From a virus (taxonomy: Duplodnaviria; Caudoviricetes): DNA of 64,000 nucleotides. Numbering within the stretch: position 1 is the stretch's first letter; each line of letters starts with the position of its first letter. A model generated the notes under the pieces. That model was not told the DNA's origin and searched no databases. It worked only from the letters and a program-made list of their open reading frames with translations. Made by a program: the position numbers and the translations under genes. The stretch lies in the IMG/VR virus record IMGVR_UViG_3300032233_001498, positions 24,400 through 88,399 of that record; one strand, written 5' to 3'. Positions 27,934 through 36,684 of the stretch are shown one piece after another.

Positions 27934-28272
27934 ATGGATTTCAGAGACTTCAAAGAATTACAGGAAGCTGCATATGCCGGTAACATTGGCATTATGGAAC
28001 TAATTAAGTTCAAAAGCAAAGCAACACCAGAACAGAAAAAGAAATTTGATGATTTGTTGAAGAACAAAAAAGGTAAAGAAGTGTGGGACTTGGTACAAGA
28101 TGTTACTGGTATCAAGTTACACAAATCGGTACATGAAGAAGTTAAACCTAACATTCTCCCAAAATCTGGTGCTGGTGCATGGGGTACGCAAGATTTAGTA
28201 GATACATATAAGAAGGACACACCTGGTCAAACACCAAAAAAGGTAAAGTCATTTAAAGAATACAAAAAATAA
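27934..28272 (+). CDS. Probable internal head protein
   Basis: MDFRDFKELQEA start; GAGAWGT...YKKDTPGQ; ends KSFKEYKK. Confidence 0.55.
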   Translation: MDFRDFKELQEAAYAGNIGIMELIKFKSKATPEQKKKFDDLLKNKKGKEVWDLVQDVTGIKLHKSVHEEVKPNILPKSGAGAWGTQDLVDTYKKDTPGQTPKKVKSFKEYKK

Positions 28273-28290
28273 TTGTTACGTGAGGTTATT

Positions 28291-29157
28291 ATGAAAGATA
28301 TTGTGGTAGGGTGTATTACTAATTACACTTTTGATAAAATTGAACCGTGGGTAAATTCTTTAGACCGTTCAGGATTTGACGGTACTAAACTTATGATTTG
28401 TTACAACATTGGTTATGATGTTGTAGAGGAATTAAGCAAACGTGGTTACGTTGTGTTTGGTTTCAATCGTAATGATACATTACGGAGACTAGAGTACGAC
28501 AAGAAAGATTTCAATATCTGCCTTGAACGTTTCATTCATATCTGGTACTTCTTAAATAAACTCCAAGATAAAGAACAGTTCCGTTACGTCATTTCTACTG
28601 ACGTTAAGGATGTTATCTTTCAGAGTAATCCATCTACATGGCTCGAAGAAAACATTGGTGATAAACAAATCAATGTTGCGAGCGAATCAATCAAATACAA
28701 AGACGAAGGTTGGGGCAACAACAATCTATACCAATCGTTTGGTCCTTTTGTACACGACATGAACAAAGAAAACACAATCTACAATGCCGGCACCATTGCA
28801 GGCAAGTTTGATGTTGTACTTGATTTGTTCTTAAACATCTACTTGGCCTGTGGTGGCGCACCATCGAATGTTCCAGGTGGCGGTGGTCCAGACCAAGCTG
28901 CATTGAATGTATTGTTGAACACAGTATCATATAAGAACATTACCAACTTTGCACCAAGTGAATCAGGTTATGCGGCACAATTAGGTACAACTGCTGACCC
29001 ATCTAAGATTGACCAGTTTAGACCTTTCTTGTTAGAACCAACTCCTATCTTTGAAGATGGTATTGTGAAAACATCTACAGGTAAACCTTTTGCAATCGTA
29101 CATCAGTATGATAGGGTACCTGAATGGCGTGCTATCATTGAAGAGAAATACCGATGA
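28291..29157 (+). CDS. GT-A-like glycosyltransferase
   Basis: RF..IWYFL...VISTDVKDVIFQSNP...NAGTIAG...DQAALN. Confidence 0.7.
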   Translation: MKDIVVGCITNYTFDKIEPWVNSLDRSGFDGTKLMICYNIGYDVVEELSKRGYVVFGFNRNDTLRRLEYDKKDFNICLERFIHIWYFLNKLQDKEQFRYVISTDVKDVIFQSNPSTWLEENIGDKQINVASESIKYKDEGWGNNNLYQSFGPFVHDMNKENTIYNAGTIAGKFDVVLDLFLNIYLACGGAPSNVPGGGGPDQAALNVLLNTVSYKNITNFAPSESGYAAQLGTTADPSKIDQFRPFLLEPTPIFEDGIVKTSTGKPFAIVHQYDRVPEWRAIIEEKYR

Positions 29158-29774
29158 ACTTCAGTTTTGGAATTACAACCGATTACTCCGACCAGAATCG
29201 GTTGAATGAAATCATATCTTCTATTCGTAGTTTGCAAATACCAAATTATGAAATAATGGTTATTGGTGGACAAAAACCGGAAGACAAACAGGATGTGAAT
29301 CATATCTTCTTTGATGATACTGCGAATCCAGGTTGGGTAACACGTAAGAAGAATACTCTTACACAGGCCGCAAAGTATGACAACGTAGTTATTTTCCATG
29401 ATTACTTTGTGTTTGAAAAAGATTGGTATAAAAACTTCTTAGAATTCGGTGATGATTGGGATGTTTGTTCTAATGCACAGTATTTAATTTCGGGCAAGAG
29501 ACACTTCACAGATTGGGTTGTATGGGATTCACCAATCTTTCCACGTTACTGGTCACTAAACTATGACGATTGGTCGCACACTAAGTATATGTACCAATCA
29601 GGCGGTTACATGATTGTTAAGAAACAATTCATGGAGAAGTTCCCATTAAATGAGAAAATGATTTGGGGTACTGGTGAAGACGTTGAATGGTCTTTGCGTA
29701 TGCGTGATAAAGCAAATTGGAAATGTAATGGTAAATCCATTGTGACACATAATAAGGTTCATCGTGATGCATAA
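29154..29774 (+). CDS. GT2-like glycosyltransferase
   Basis: FSFGITT...KKN......AKYDNVVIFHDY...EDVEWS. Confidence 0.7.
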   Translation: MNFSFGITTDYSDQNRLNEIISSIRSLQIPNYEIMVIGGQKPEDKQDVNHIFFDDTANPGWVTRKKNTLTQAAKYDNVVIFHDYFVFEKDWYKNFLEFGDDWDVCSNAQYLISGKRHFTDWVVWDSPIFPRYWSLNYDDWSHTKYMYQSGGYMIVKKQFMEKFPLNEKMIWGTGEDVEWSLRMRDKANWKCNGKSIVTHNKVHRDA

Positions 29775-31137
29775 GTTAATTATTTTTGACCTAGATGGTG
29801 TATTGATTGAGAGTAGAGAACTTCATTATCATTCATTGAATGATGCTCTATCCAGAGTTGGTGGAGATTACATTATCTCCCGTGAGGAACACCTATCAAT
29901 CTATGATGGGTTGAGCACAACTAGAAAACTTGAAATGTTGTCTGAACGTAAAGGTTTAGACCGCAAGTTTTTCAATCAGGTCTGGCAAGACAAACAAACT
30001 GCCACATTCAATCTGATTCGTAGAATTCCAAAGAACAATGACCTACGCCAGATGTTTGCAGGCATTCAATCACGGGGTTATAAGATTGCCGTTGCAAGCA
30101 ATTCTATACGTGAGACTATCAAACTTGCCCTTCTGTCCATCGGTGTTATGGAATATGTTGACTATTACGTTTCGAATGAAGATGTTAAGAGAACAAAACC
30201 TTACCCTGAAATGTACTGGCAATGTATGACTGCTTTAAATGCACTTCCTAAAAGTACAATTATTGTAGAAGATAGTCATATTGGGCGCCAAGGTGCAATT
30301 GATAGCGGTGCTCATCTATTGCCCGTTGAGAACTCAAGGGACTTGACTTCATATAAAGTTTTTAGTAAAATCGATGAGGTTGATGAAAACGGACACAAAC
30401 AAACTATACCATGGAGAGATAAGAAATTGAATGTACTAATCCCTATGGCAGGCGCAGGCAGTAGATTTACACAAGCTGGCTACACATTCCCTAAACCTCT
30501 GATTGAAGTCAGAGGCAAACCAATGATTCAAGTTGTTGTTGAGAACTTGAATATTGAAGCAAACTATATTTTCTTGGTGCAGAAATCACATTATGAGAAA
30601 TACAACTTGCAATCTGTACTAACCATTCTGAAACCAGGATGTAAGATTGTTCAAGTTGATGGTCTAACTGAAGGTGCTGCCTGCACTACACTACTCGCAA
30701 AAGAATTGATTGATAATGATGAACCACTTGTTATGGCAAACTCTGACCAGTTTGTTGAGTGGGATTCAAACAACGTTATGTACTCATTCACCGCAGATGG
30801 CATCGATGGTGGTATTCTAACATTCAAGGCCACACATCCTAAATGGTCATATGCAAAACTAGATGAGAATGGTTTTGTATCGCAAGTCGCAGAAAAGAAT
30901 CCTATCTCTGATAATGCAACAGTAGGTGTTTACTACTGGAAGAAAGGTTCTGATTACGTTAAATATGCAGAGCAAATGATTGAGAAGAACATTCGCACCA
31001 ATAATGAATTCTATGTCTGTCCAGTATTCAACGAAGCAATTGCAGGCGGCAAAAAGATTCGTGTTAAAGAGATATCCAAGATGTGGGGTATTGGAACACC
31101 AGAAGATTTAAACTACTTTTTAGAGAACCATAAATGA
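29767..31137 (+). CDS. HAD phosphatase fused to a sugar-phosphate nucleotidyltransferase
   Basis: FDLDGVL, KP.PEMY, VEDS; then IPMAGAGSRF...PKPLI, NSDQ, GTPEDL. Confidence 0.88.
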   Translation: MHKLIIFDLDGVLIESRELHYHSLNDALSRVGGDYIISREEHLSIYDGLSTTRKLEMLSERKGLDRKFFNQVWQDKQTATFNLIRRIPKNNDLRQMFAGIQSRGYKIAVASNSIRETIKLALLSIGVMEYVDYYVSNEDVKRTKPYPEMYWQCMTALNALPKSTIIVEDSHIGRQGAIDSGAHLLPVENSRDLTSYKVFSKIDEVDENGHKQTIPWRDKKLNVLIPMAGAGSRFTQAGYTFPKPLIEVRGKPMIQVVVENLNIEANYIFLVQKSHYEKYNLQSVLTILKPGCKIVQVDGLTEGAACTTLLAKELIDNDEPLVMANSDQFVEWDSNNVMYSFTADGIDGGILTFKATHPKWSYAKLDENGFVSQVAEKNPISDNATVGVYYWKKGSDYVKYAEQMIEKNIRTNNEFYVCPVFNEAIAGGKKIRVKEISKMWGIGTPEDLNYFLENHK

Positions 31138-31820
31138 GCAATTATCAGAAAATATTTACATTTGATGACGGTCCAGTCCAGTATGAAAACTCAGGCAAAG
31201 ACCATATCAAAATGAAACAACATCCTTTTCCCTATTCAATTAAGGAAGAGGAATTCAACTTCATCACAGACACCATTGTAAAGTATGATTTGAAACGTGG
31301 TTATGAATGTGCTACCGCATTCGGTGTTTCAACAATGGCATGTGCATTAGGTTTCAAACAAACCGGTGGTAGAATGGTCACAATGGATGCATACATCGAA
31401 GAAGATACTGCTAATCCTGAGGCATATAAAAATCACGAAGAGAAACAAACATTTTCTGATTCTGATGGTTACAAATCTGTAGTGTATCTACGTGAGAAAT
31501 TTGGTGTACAAGACAACCTAGAGTGTGAAGTTGGTTGGTCACCTGATGATACAGAGAAAACAATTCGTAAACATTTTGGTGACGAGAAGATTGACTTTGT
31601 ATTCCTTGATGCAGGACATTTCCCTGGCCAGATTATCAAAGACATTGATTCGTTTGTACCGTTCTTAGCGGAGAAGTTTGTTGTATTGTTCCATGATGAT
31701 TACACATGGAGTTTTACACAAGATGTACACAATCACATCCAGAATGTATTTGGTTGCAAAACAGAAATTTTTATCCCTCATCCAAGAGGTGAGAACTTAT
31801 CAGGAGTTATCAAAGTATGA
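31134..31820 (+). CDS. Class I SAM-dependent methyltransferase
   Basis: YECATAFGVST motif I variant, IDFVFLDAGH, LFHDD. Confidence 0.75.
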   Translation: MSNYQKIFTFDDGPVQYENSGKDHIKMKQHPFPYSIKEEEFNFITDTIVKYDLKRGYECATAFGVSTMACALGFKQTGGRMVTMDAYIEEDTANPEAYKNHEEKQTFSDSDGYKSVVYLREKFGVQDNLECEVGWSPDDTEKTIRKHFGDEKIDFVFLDAGHFPGQIIKDIDSFVPFLAEKFVVLFHDDYTWSFTQDVHNHIQNVFGCKTEIFIPHPRGENLSGVIKV

Positions 31821-32269
31821 GATTGATTGCACATCGAGGCCTAATGTATGGCCCAAATAAAGAGATTGAGAATCATCCCGATACAATCGAAGAAGCTTGG
31901 GCTAATGACTTTGATTGTGAAATAGATTTATGGCGAATCGACCACAGGTGGTTCCTTGGCCATGATGCACCCACATATGAAGTGCCAAGTTATTTCTTAA
32001 TGCTTGGTCGTTCATGGTTTCATTGTAAAAACTTTGAAGCACTAGATTGGTTGAGTACTTGGTCAAAAGGAATTAATTTCTTCTGGCACCAAAAGGATAA
32101 CTATACCATGACCAGTTTCGGATATGTGTGGGCATATCCTGGTCAATCTGTCGGTGACAACACCATCTTTGTAATGCCTGAACAGGTGATGAAATTAGAA
32201 GATGTGAAGACATTGAAATGTTTCGGTGTCTGTAGTGATTACGTTAATGATATTAAAGGTATGTTATGA
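31817..32269 (+). CDS. Glycerophosphodiester phosphodiesterase-like (GDPD/PLC fold) protein
   Basis: LIAHRGL...EN...CEIDLW...LGHD...WFHCKN...GVCSDY. Confidence 0.75.
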   Translation: MRLIAHRGLMYGPNKEIENHPDTIEEAWANDFDCEIDLWRIDHRWFLGHDAPTYEVPSYFLMLGRSWFHCKNFEALDWLSTWSKGINFFWHQKDNYTMTSFGYVWAYPGQSVGDNTIFVMPEQVMKLEDVKTLKCFGVCSDYVNDIKGML

Positions 32270-33228
32270 AAATTTGTTTTGTTGTTCATCGTTATGCTCC
32301 ATTTCCTGGCGGGTCGGAGTATTATGTTCAGCAGATGGCTGAAGAATGCGTTCAACGTCACCATGATGTGACTGTTCTTGCAGGTGAACATCAAGGCGAT
32401 TTGAATGGTGTACGTGTGACAAGTGAAGCACATCACCTACATGACCAAGATTTGGTCGTTGTACATGGCGGTGATGTTCATGTACAAAACTTTGTATTAT
32501 CCAACGCAAAGAACATTAATTCACCAATGTTGTATATGCTCATCAAACCTTCTGATAGTCAGGTTTGTGTACAAGCAATGCAAGATGTTGCCTTCATTGG
32601 TTGCTCTGCACCAGAGGATTGGGAACATGTTGAGAAACACGGACTAAAACAAAAGGCACACCGAGTTATTCATGGTATTTCACCTACCGATTGTATCGGC
32701 ACAAAAGGTAAGTTTAAGAAGAAATACGGTATTCCTGAAGATAAAGAAATGTTCTTGTCTTGCGGTGGGTATTGGCCAAACAAACAGATGATTGAATTGG
32801 CGGAGTGTTTTAAACGTGCCAATAGACCTAATGCTGTACTCGTTACAACTGGTTATGATAATCGATTCGGTATCATGCCACATGCGTCCGAGACGGTCAT
32901 TCCATTGATGGTTGAAGACCCTATGGATGTCAAAGATGCAATTGCCGATGCTGATTGTTATGTGATGAATTCAAATGCCGAAGGTTTTGGTCTGGTAATC
33001 TTAGAATCTATGATTAACAAGACACCATGGATTGCACGTGAAATTGCTGGCGCAAGATTGTTACACAACTACGGCACCACATATCATAAAGAAGATGTTT
33101 TGATTGAACATATCAAAGAGTTTAAACGTAATGATAAACTTGTCAAAGATGCATTTCAATATGTTATTGCGAACCATTTAATTAAGAACACAGTAGATGA
33201 CATTCTGGCACTAATAAATACTAAATAG
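32266..33228 (+). CDS. GT-B (GT4-like) glycosyltransferase
   Basis: GGSEYY, NK, ADCYVMNS..EGFGLVILESM. Confidence 0.85.
   Translation: MKICFVVHRYAPFPGGSEYYVQQMAEECVQRHHDVTVLAGEHQGDLNGVRVTSEAHHLHDQDLVVVHGGDVHVQNFVLSNAKNINSPMLYMLIKPSDSQVCVQAMQDVAFIGCSAPEDWEHVEKHGLKQKAHRVIHGISPTDCIGTKGKFKKKYGIPEDKEMFLSCGGYWPNKQMIELAECFKRANRPNAVLVTTGYDNRFGIMPHASETVIPLMVEDPMDVKDAIADADCYVMNSNAEGFGLVILESMINKTPWIAREIAGARLLHNYGTTYHKEDVLIEHIKEFKRNDKLVKDAFQYVIANHLIKNTVDDILALINTK
33213..33227 (+). promoter_or_regulatory. Tandem late-type promoters
   Basis: AATAAATA then CTAAATA just upstream of 33259. Confidence 0.6.
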
Positions 33229-33258
33229 AAGATAAACTTAACTGCTGTAGAGGCGGAG

Positions 33259-35523
33259 ATGAAATTTAGAGAATTTATTACGGAAGCCAAAACTGGCAAG
33301 GTTATCGTTGTGTACGGTGGTGGATTCCAGCCGTTCCACGCTGGCCACATCAGTTCATATGAACAAGCAAAGCGAGCATTTCCTTCTGCTGATTTCTATG
33401 TTGCGTCCAGTAATGACGTTAAACAACGTCCAATCCCCTTCAAAGATAAACAATTTCTTGCCCAACAGGCAGGCGTAACTGACGCTTTTGTACAAGTTTC
33501 ACAACCAGTTAATCCACAAGAAATTCTCACCAAATACAATCCCGACAAAGATATTCTTATTCTTGTCCGTTCAGAACGTGACCCTGTTAACTACACTAAA
33601 AAAGATGGTTCTTCAGCATATTATCAACCGTTCAAATCCTTAAAAGACTGTAAACCATTTAATCCCAAAAAAGATGGTCATGGCTATGTTTTTGTCACCA
33701 AGAAAAAAGTGTTCTCTATTGGTGGCAAAGAAATATTTTCAGGCAGTCAAGTTCGTTCAATGTATTCAAAAGGTGATGATATTGAACGTAGAGATATGAT
33801 TAGAGATTTATATCCGAAAGCGAAATCCCCATTGAAAGTTAAAACATTGCTAGACAAATACATCGGCGGTGTAAATGAAGAAGTTGACCTAGATGAAGCG
33901 GTTCAACATATCATTTCAGAAGGTGTACACGATAAATCAATCTTCAAGGCAGTATTTCTTGCTGGTGGTCCAGGTTCTGGAAAAGATTATGTACTCGACA
34001 ATACACTTGCTGGTCACGGACTAACAGAACTTAACTCAGACAAAGCTTTAGAGTTTTTAATGGACAAAAGCGGTCTTGATAAGACTATGCCTGCATCTGA
34101 AACAGAAAAGCGTGATATCGTTCGTGGTAAGGCAAAGAGTCTTACAGACCTACGTCAACGTTTGGCTCTATTAGGCCGTAATGGCCTTATCATCAATGGT
34201 ACAGGTGATGATGTTGAGAAGATTAAAAAGATTAAGGCACGTTTGGAAGAAATCGGATATGATACGCATATCATTGTTGTCAATACTGCCGATGAAATTT
34301 CTGCACAACGTAATGTAGAACGTGGCCAGCGTGGTGGACGTACAGTACCAGAAAAGATTCGTAAACAAAAGTGGGATGCTGTTCAAAATGCACGTCCAGA
34401 ACTTGCAAAGATTTTTGGTGACAATTATGTGGAGTTTGATAACTCAGAAGATTTACGACAAGCACCACCTGAAGTAGTTAAGGCCAAAAAAGACGAAATG
34501 CTAAATGTATTTAAGAAGATTAAAGCATTTACATCGGCACCGCCAAAATCACCAGAATCCCAATTATGGATTGCTAGTGAAATGTCTAAAAAAGATAAAC
34601 TTGGTGTTCCTAAATCTGGTGAAGGTACTCAATTGGCACCACATCCAGATTCAGGTGCTGCTGAAGAAGCCAAGAAACTTGGCCTATCATATTTTGGTTT
34701 TGGTCGTTGGGGTAAAGAAGGTGTTGTTACACACCATTCAGTACACGATTCTCTAGTGCCTATTGAGAAAGAAAAAATAGGTCAGAAAACATTAAAGATT
34801 GCTGCACCAGGTCAATCTAAGACCACAAACTCTACAATCAATAAGGTACAAATGAATCCGACCAAAGTTAATGAAGACTTTGAAAATTTCTTGACCGAAG
34901 CAGTAGCAATTACCGTTGAGGCAGAAGAAACTTTTGATATTCATCAAGAGGAAAAAAAACAAGAGTTGCACCATAACCAACTACTAAAAAGTAGTAATGG
35001 TAAAGTAAAAACTTTTATGTTACGCCGTGCAGCCGCAAAAGAAGCACACATCAATGGTGGTGTTGTGCATAAACAAGGCGCAGGTTATGTTATTAAAATA
35101 AAGGAGAGCGAAGATGTTTCAAGCATTAATCAACCTATTCAAGAAGCAACCACAGGTAGAAGTACCGTACAAAGTGGAAGTACCACAAGTACAAGAAGTC
35201 TTGTCCCCGAAAGTGGAGACTCCAGTTGTGACTGTGGAACCTGCAGCAGTTGTGGAACAGAAGGCACCCGCCAAAAGAAAAGCGTCACCGAAGCCAAAAA
35301 ATTATGGCAGAAAAAAGTCAGTACCGAAGCAATAGATGCTGGTACTGAGGCTGGCATGTCTTTAAGTGGTGCATCAAAAGAAAAATTAGACAAAAATGGT
35401 AAAGTCACTATGACTGAACTGACAGGTGATGAAACCACTTTGTCTATTGGTGACCAAAAAGAAGATGAGTTGAAAAAAGTTGGTATCAATCTATCAACAT
35501 TCAAAGCAAAGAAATTCGTATGA
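33259..35523 (+). CDS. Multidomain protein: cytidylyltransferase-like (HxGH) domain, Zeta/AAA_33-like P-loop kinase, low-complexity C-terminus
   Basis: GGFQPFHAGH; FLAGGPGSGK...RN..R..R.VP; starts MKFREFITEA. Confidence 0.8.
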   Translation: MKFREFITEAKTGKVIVVYGGGFQPFHAGHISSYEQAKRAFPSADFYVASSNDVKQRPIPFKDKQFLAQQAGVTDAFVQVSQPVNPQEILTKYNPDKDILILVRSERDPVNYTKKDGSSAYYQPFKSLKDCKPFNPKKDGHGYVFVTKKKVFSIGGKEIFSGSQVRSMYSKGDDIERRDMIRDLYPKAKSPLKVKTLLDKYIGGVNEEVDLDEAVQHIISEGVHDKSIFKAVFLAGGPGSGKDYVLDNTLAGHGLTELNSDKALEFLMDKSGLDKTMPASETEKRDIVRGKAKSLTDLRQRLALLGRNGLIINGTGDDVEKIKKIKARLEEIGYDTHIIVVNTADEISAQRNVERGQRGGRTVPEKIRKQKWDAVQNARPELAKIFGDNYVEFDNSEDLRQAPPEVVKAKKDEMLNVFKKIKAFTSAPPKSPESQLWIASEMSKKDKLGVPKSGEGTQLAPHPDSGAAEEAKKLGLSYFGFGRWGKEGVVTHHSVHDSLVPIEKEKIGQKTLKIAAPGQSKTTNSTINKVQMNPTKVNEDFENFLTEAVAITVEAEETFDIHQEEKKQELHHNQLLKSSNGKVKTFMLRRAAAKEAHINGGVVHKQGAGYVIKIKESEDVSSINQPIQEATTGRSTVQSGSTTSTRSLVPESGDSSCDCGTCSSCGTEGTRQKKSVTEAKKLWQKKVSTEAIDAGTEAGMSLSGASKEKLDKNGKVTMTELTGDETTLSIGDQKEDELKKVGINLSTFKAKKFV
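35114..35335 (+). CDS. Nested +1-frame gene, 73 aa
   Basis: AAGGAG 7 nt before ATG; amphipathic N-terminus, V/E/P-rich middle, K-rich tail. Confidence 0.6.
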   Translation: MFQALINLFKKQPQVEVPYKVEVPQVQEVLSPKVETPVVTVEPAAVVEQKAPAKRKASPKPKNYGRKKSVPKQ

Positions 35524-35897
35524 AATCCTTAAAAGAATTTATTAACGAAGGAGGTCGTTGCTGGCCAGGTTATAAAGCTGTAAAAGGCAAAGAACCTTTT
35601 TCTCCAGGTAGTTGCGAAAAAGTATCAGAAGAATCTGCCGCATGGCAACGCAAAGAAGGTAAGAATCCTGAAGGTGGTTTAAACCGCAAAGGCATCGCTT
35701 CATATCGCCGTGAAAATCCTGGTTCCAAACTGTCAATGGCAGTTACAACACCCCCATCTAAATTGGACCCCGACAGTAAGGCAGCAAAGCGCCGCAAATC
35801 ATTTTGTGCTAGAATGTCTGGTGTTGATGGACCAATGAAGAAACCTAATGGTGAACCAACACGCAAAGCATTGGCATTAAAAAAATGGAATTGTTAA
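35520..35897 (+). CDS. Basic conserved phage protein (DUF6321-like), probable internal head protein
   Basis: MKSLKEFINEG; KNPEGGLN..G..SY..ENPGSKL...RRKSFCARM...KWNC. Confidence 0.65.
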   Translation: MKSLKEFINEGGRCWPGYKAVKGKEPFSPGSCEKVSEESAAWQRKEGKNPEGGLNRKGIASYRRENPGSKLSMAVTTPPSKLDPDSKAAKRRKSFCARMSGVDGPMKKPNGEPTRKALALKKWNC

Positions 35898-35928
35898 TAG
35901 GTAACAAAGAATAATAAAAGGAGAACTT

Positions 35929-36684
35929 ATGTTCAAAGATAAAATTAATCAATCGGTGGCAGAAGCTGCTGCAAAAATTATGATGGGTGAAAAAGCATTA
36001 CATCCAAACCAACAAAAGTTGGATGTGCATGAACCAGAGAAAGATGAATTGACTGCTGACGATTTCAAAAAACTTCGTGCTAAAAAAGAAGTAAAGCAAG
36101 AAGAAGTTGAAGGTTTGCTTGAATATGAAACCAACAAAGATGGTAAATACGTACACAATGCAAAAACAGGCAGATATGGTGGTTCAGAAAAACCAACAGA
36201 CCCGTTTGCTGGTGTTCGTGGTCCATCTACCGCTGCTCTTTCAGCAATTGAAAAAGAGAAGCAAAAGAAGAAGAAGAAATTCTCTGAAATGGTAGATGTT
36301 TACAATACTACTGGTATCAAAGGTCTATTCGAAGAACTTCAGATTGCGAAAGAAGAAGCTTCACAAGAAGAATTTAATGCTGAATTAGAAAAGCAAAAAA
36401 AGAAAGCATCTGGTACTGCTGCTGAAGCAGATAAAGCAAAAGTTGCTAAGCCAGCAGTTCAAGCAGTTCAGCAAGAAGAAATTCAAGTCATTAATGCAGA
36501 CATTGCAAATGGTGTTGATACTGTTAACATTGCAGAACGTGAACTTACTGGTGGTGAAATGAAGAAAAAAGAAGAAATCGTTATGAGCATGAAAAAAGGT
36601 ATCGAAGGTTTCAAGTCTCGTTACGGTAAAGATGCTAAGTCTGTAATGTACGCAACTGCTACAAAACAAGCTAAAGGCGAGTAA
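35929..36684 (+). CDS. Probable internal head/core protein
   Basis: GGAG RBS; E/K-rich modules separated by hydrophobic-x-E sites. Confidence 0.6.
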   Translation: MFKDKINQSVAEAAAKIMMGEKALHPNQQKLDVHEPEKDELTADDFKKLRAKKEVKQEEVEGLLEYETNKDGKYVHNAKTGRYGGSEKPTDPFAGVRGPSTAALSAIEKEKQKKKKKFSEMVDVYNTTGIKGLFEELQIAKEEASQEEFNAELEKQKKKASGTAAEADKAKVAKPAVQAVQQEEIQVINADIANGVDTVNIAERELTGGEMKKKEEIVMSMKKGIEGFKSRYGKDAKSVMYATATKQAKGE

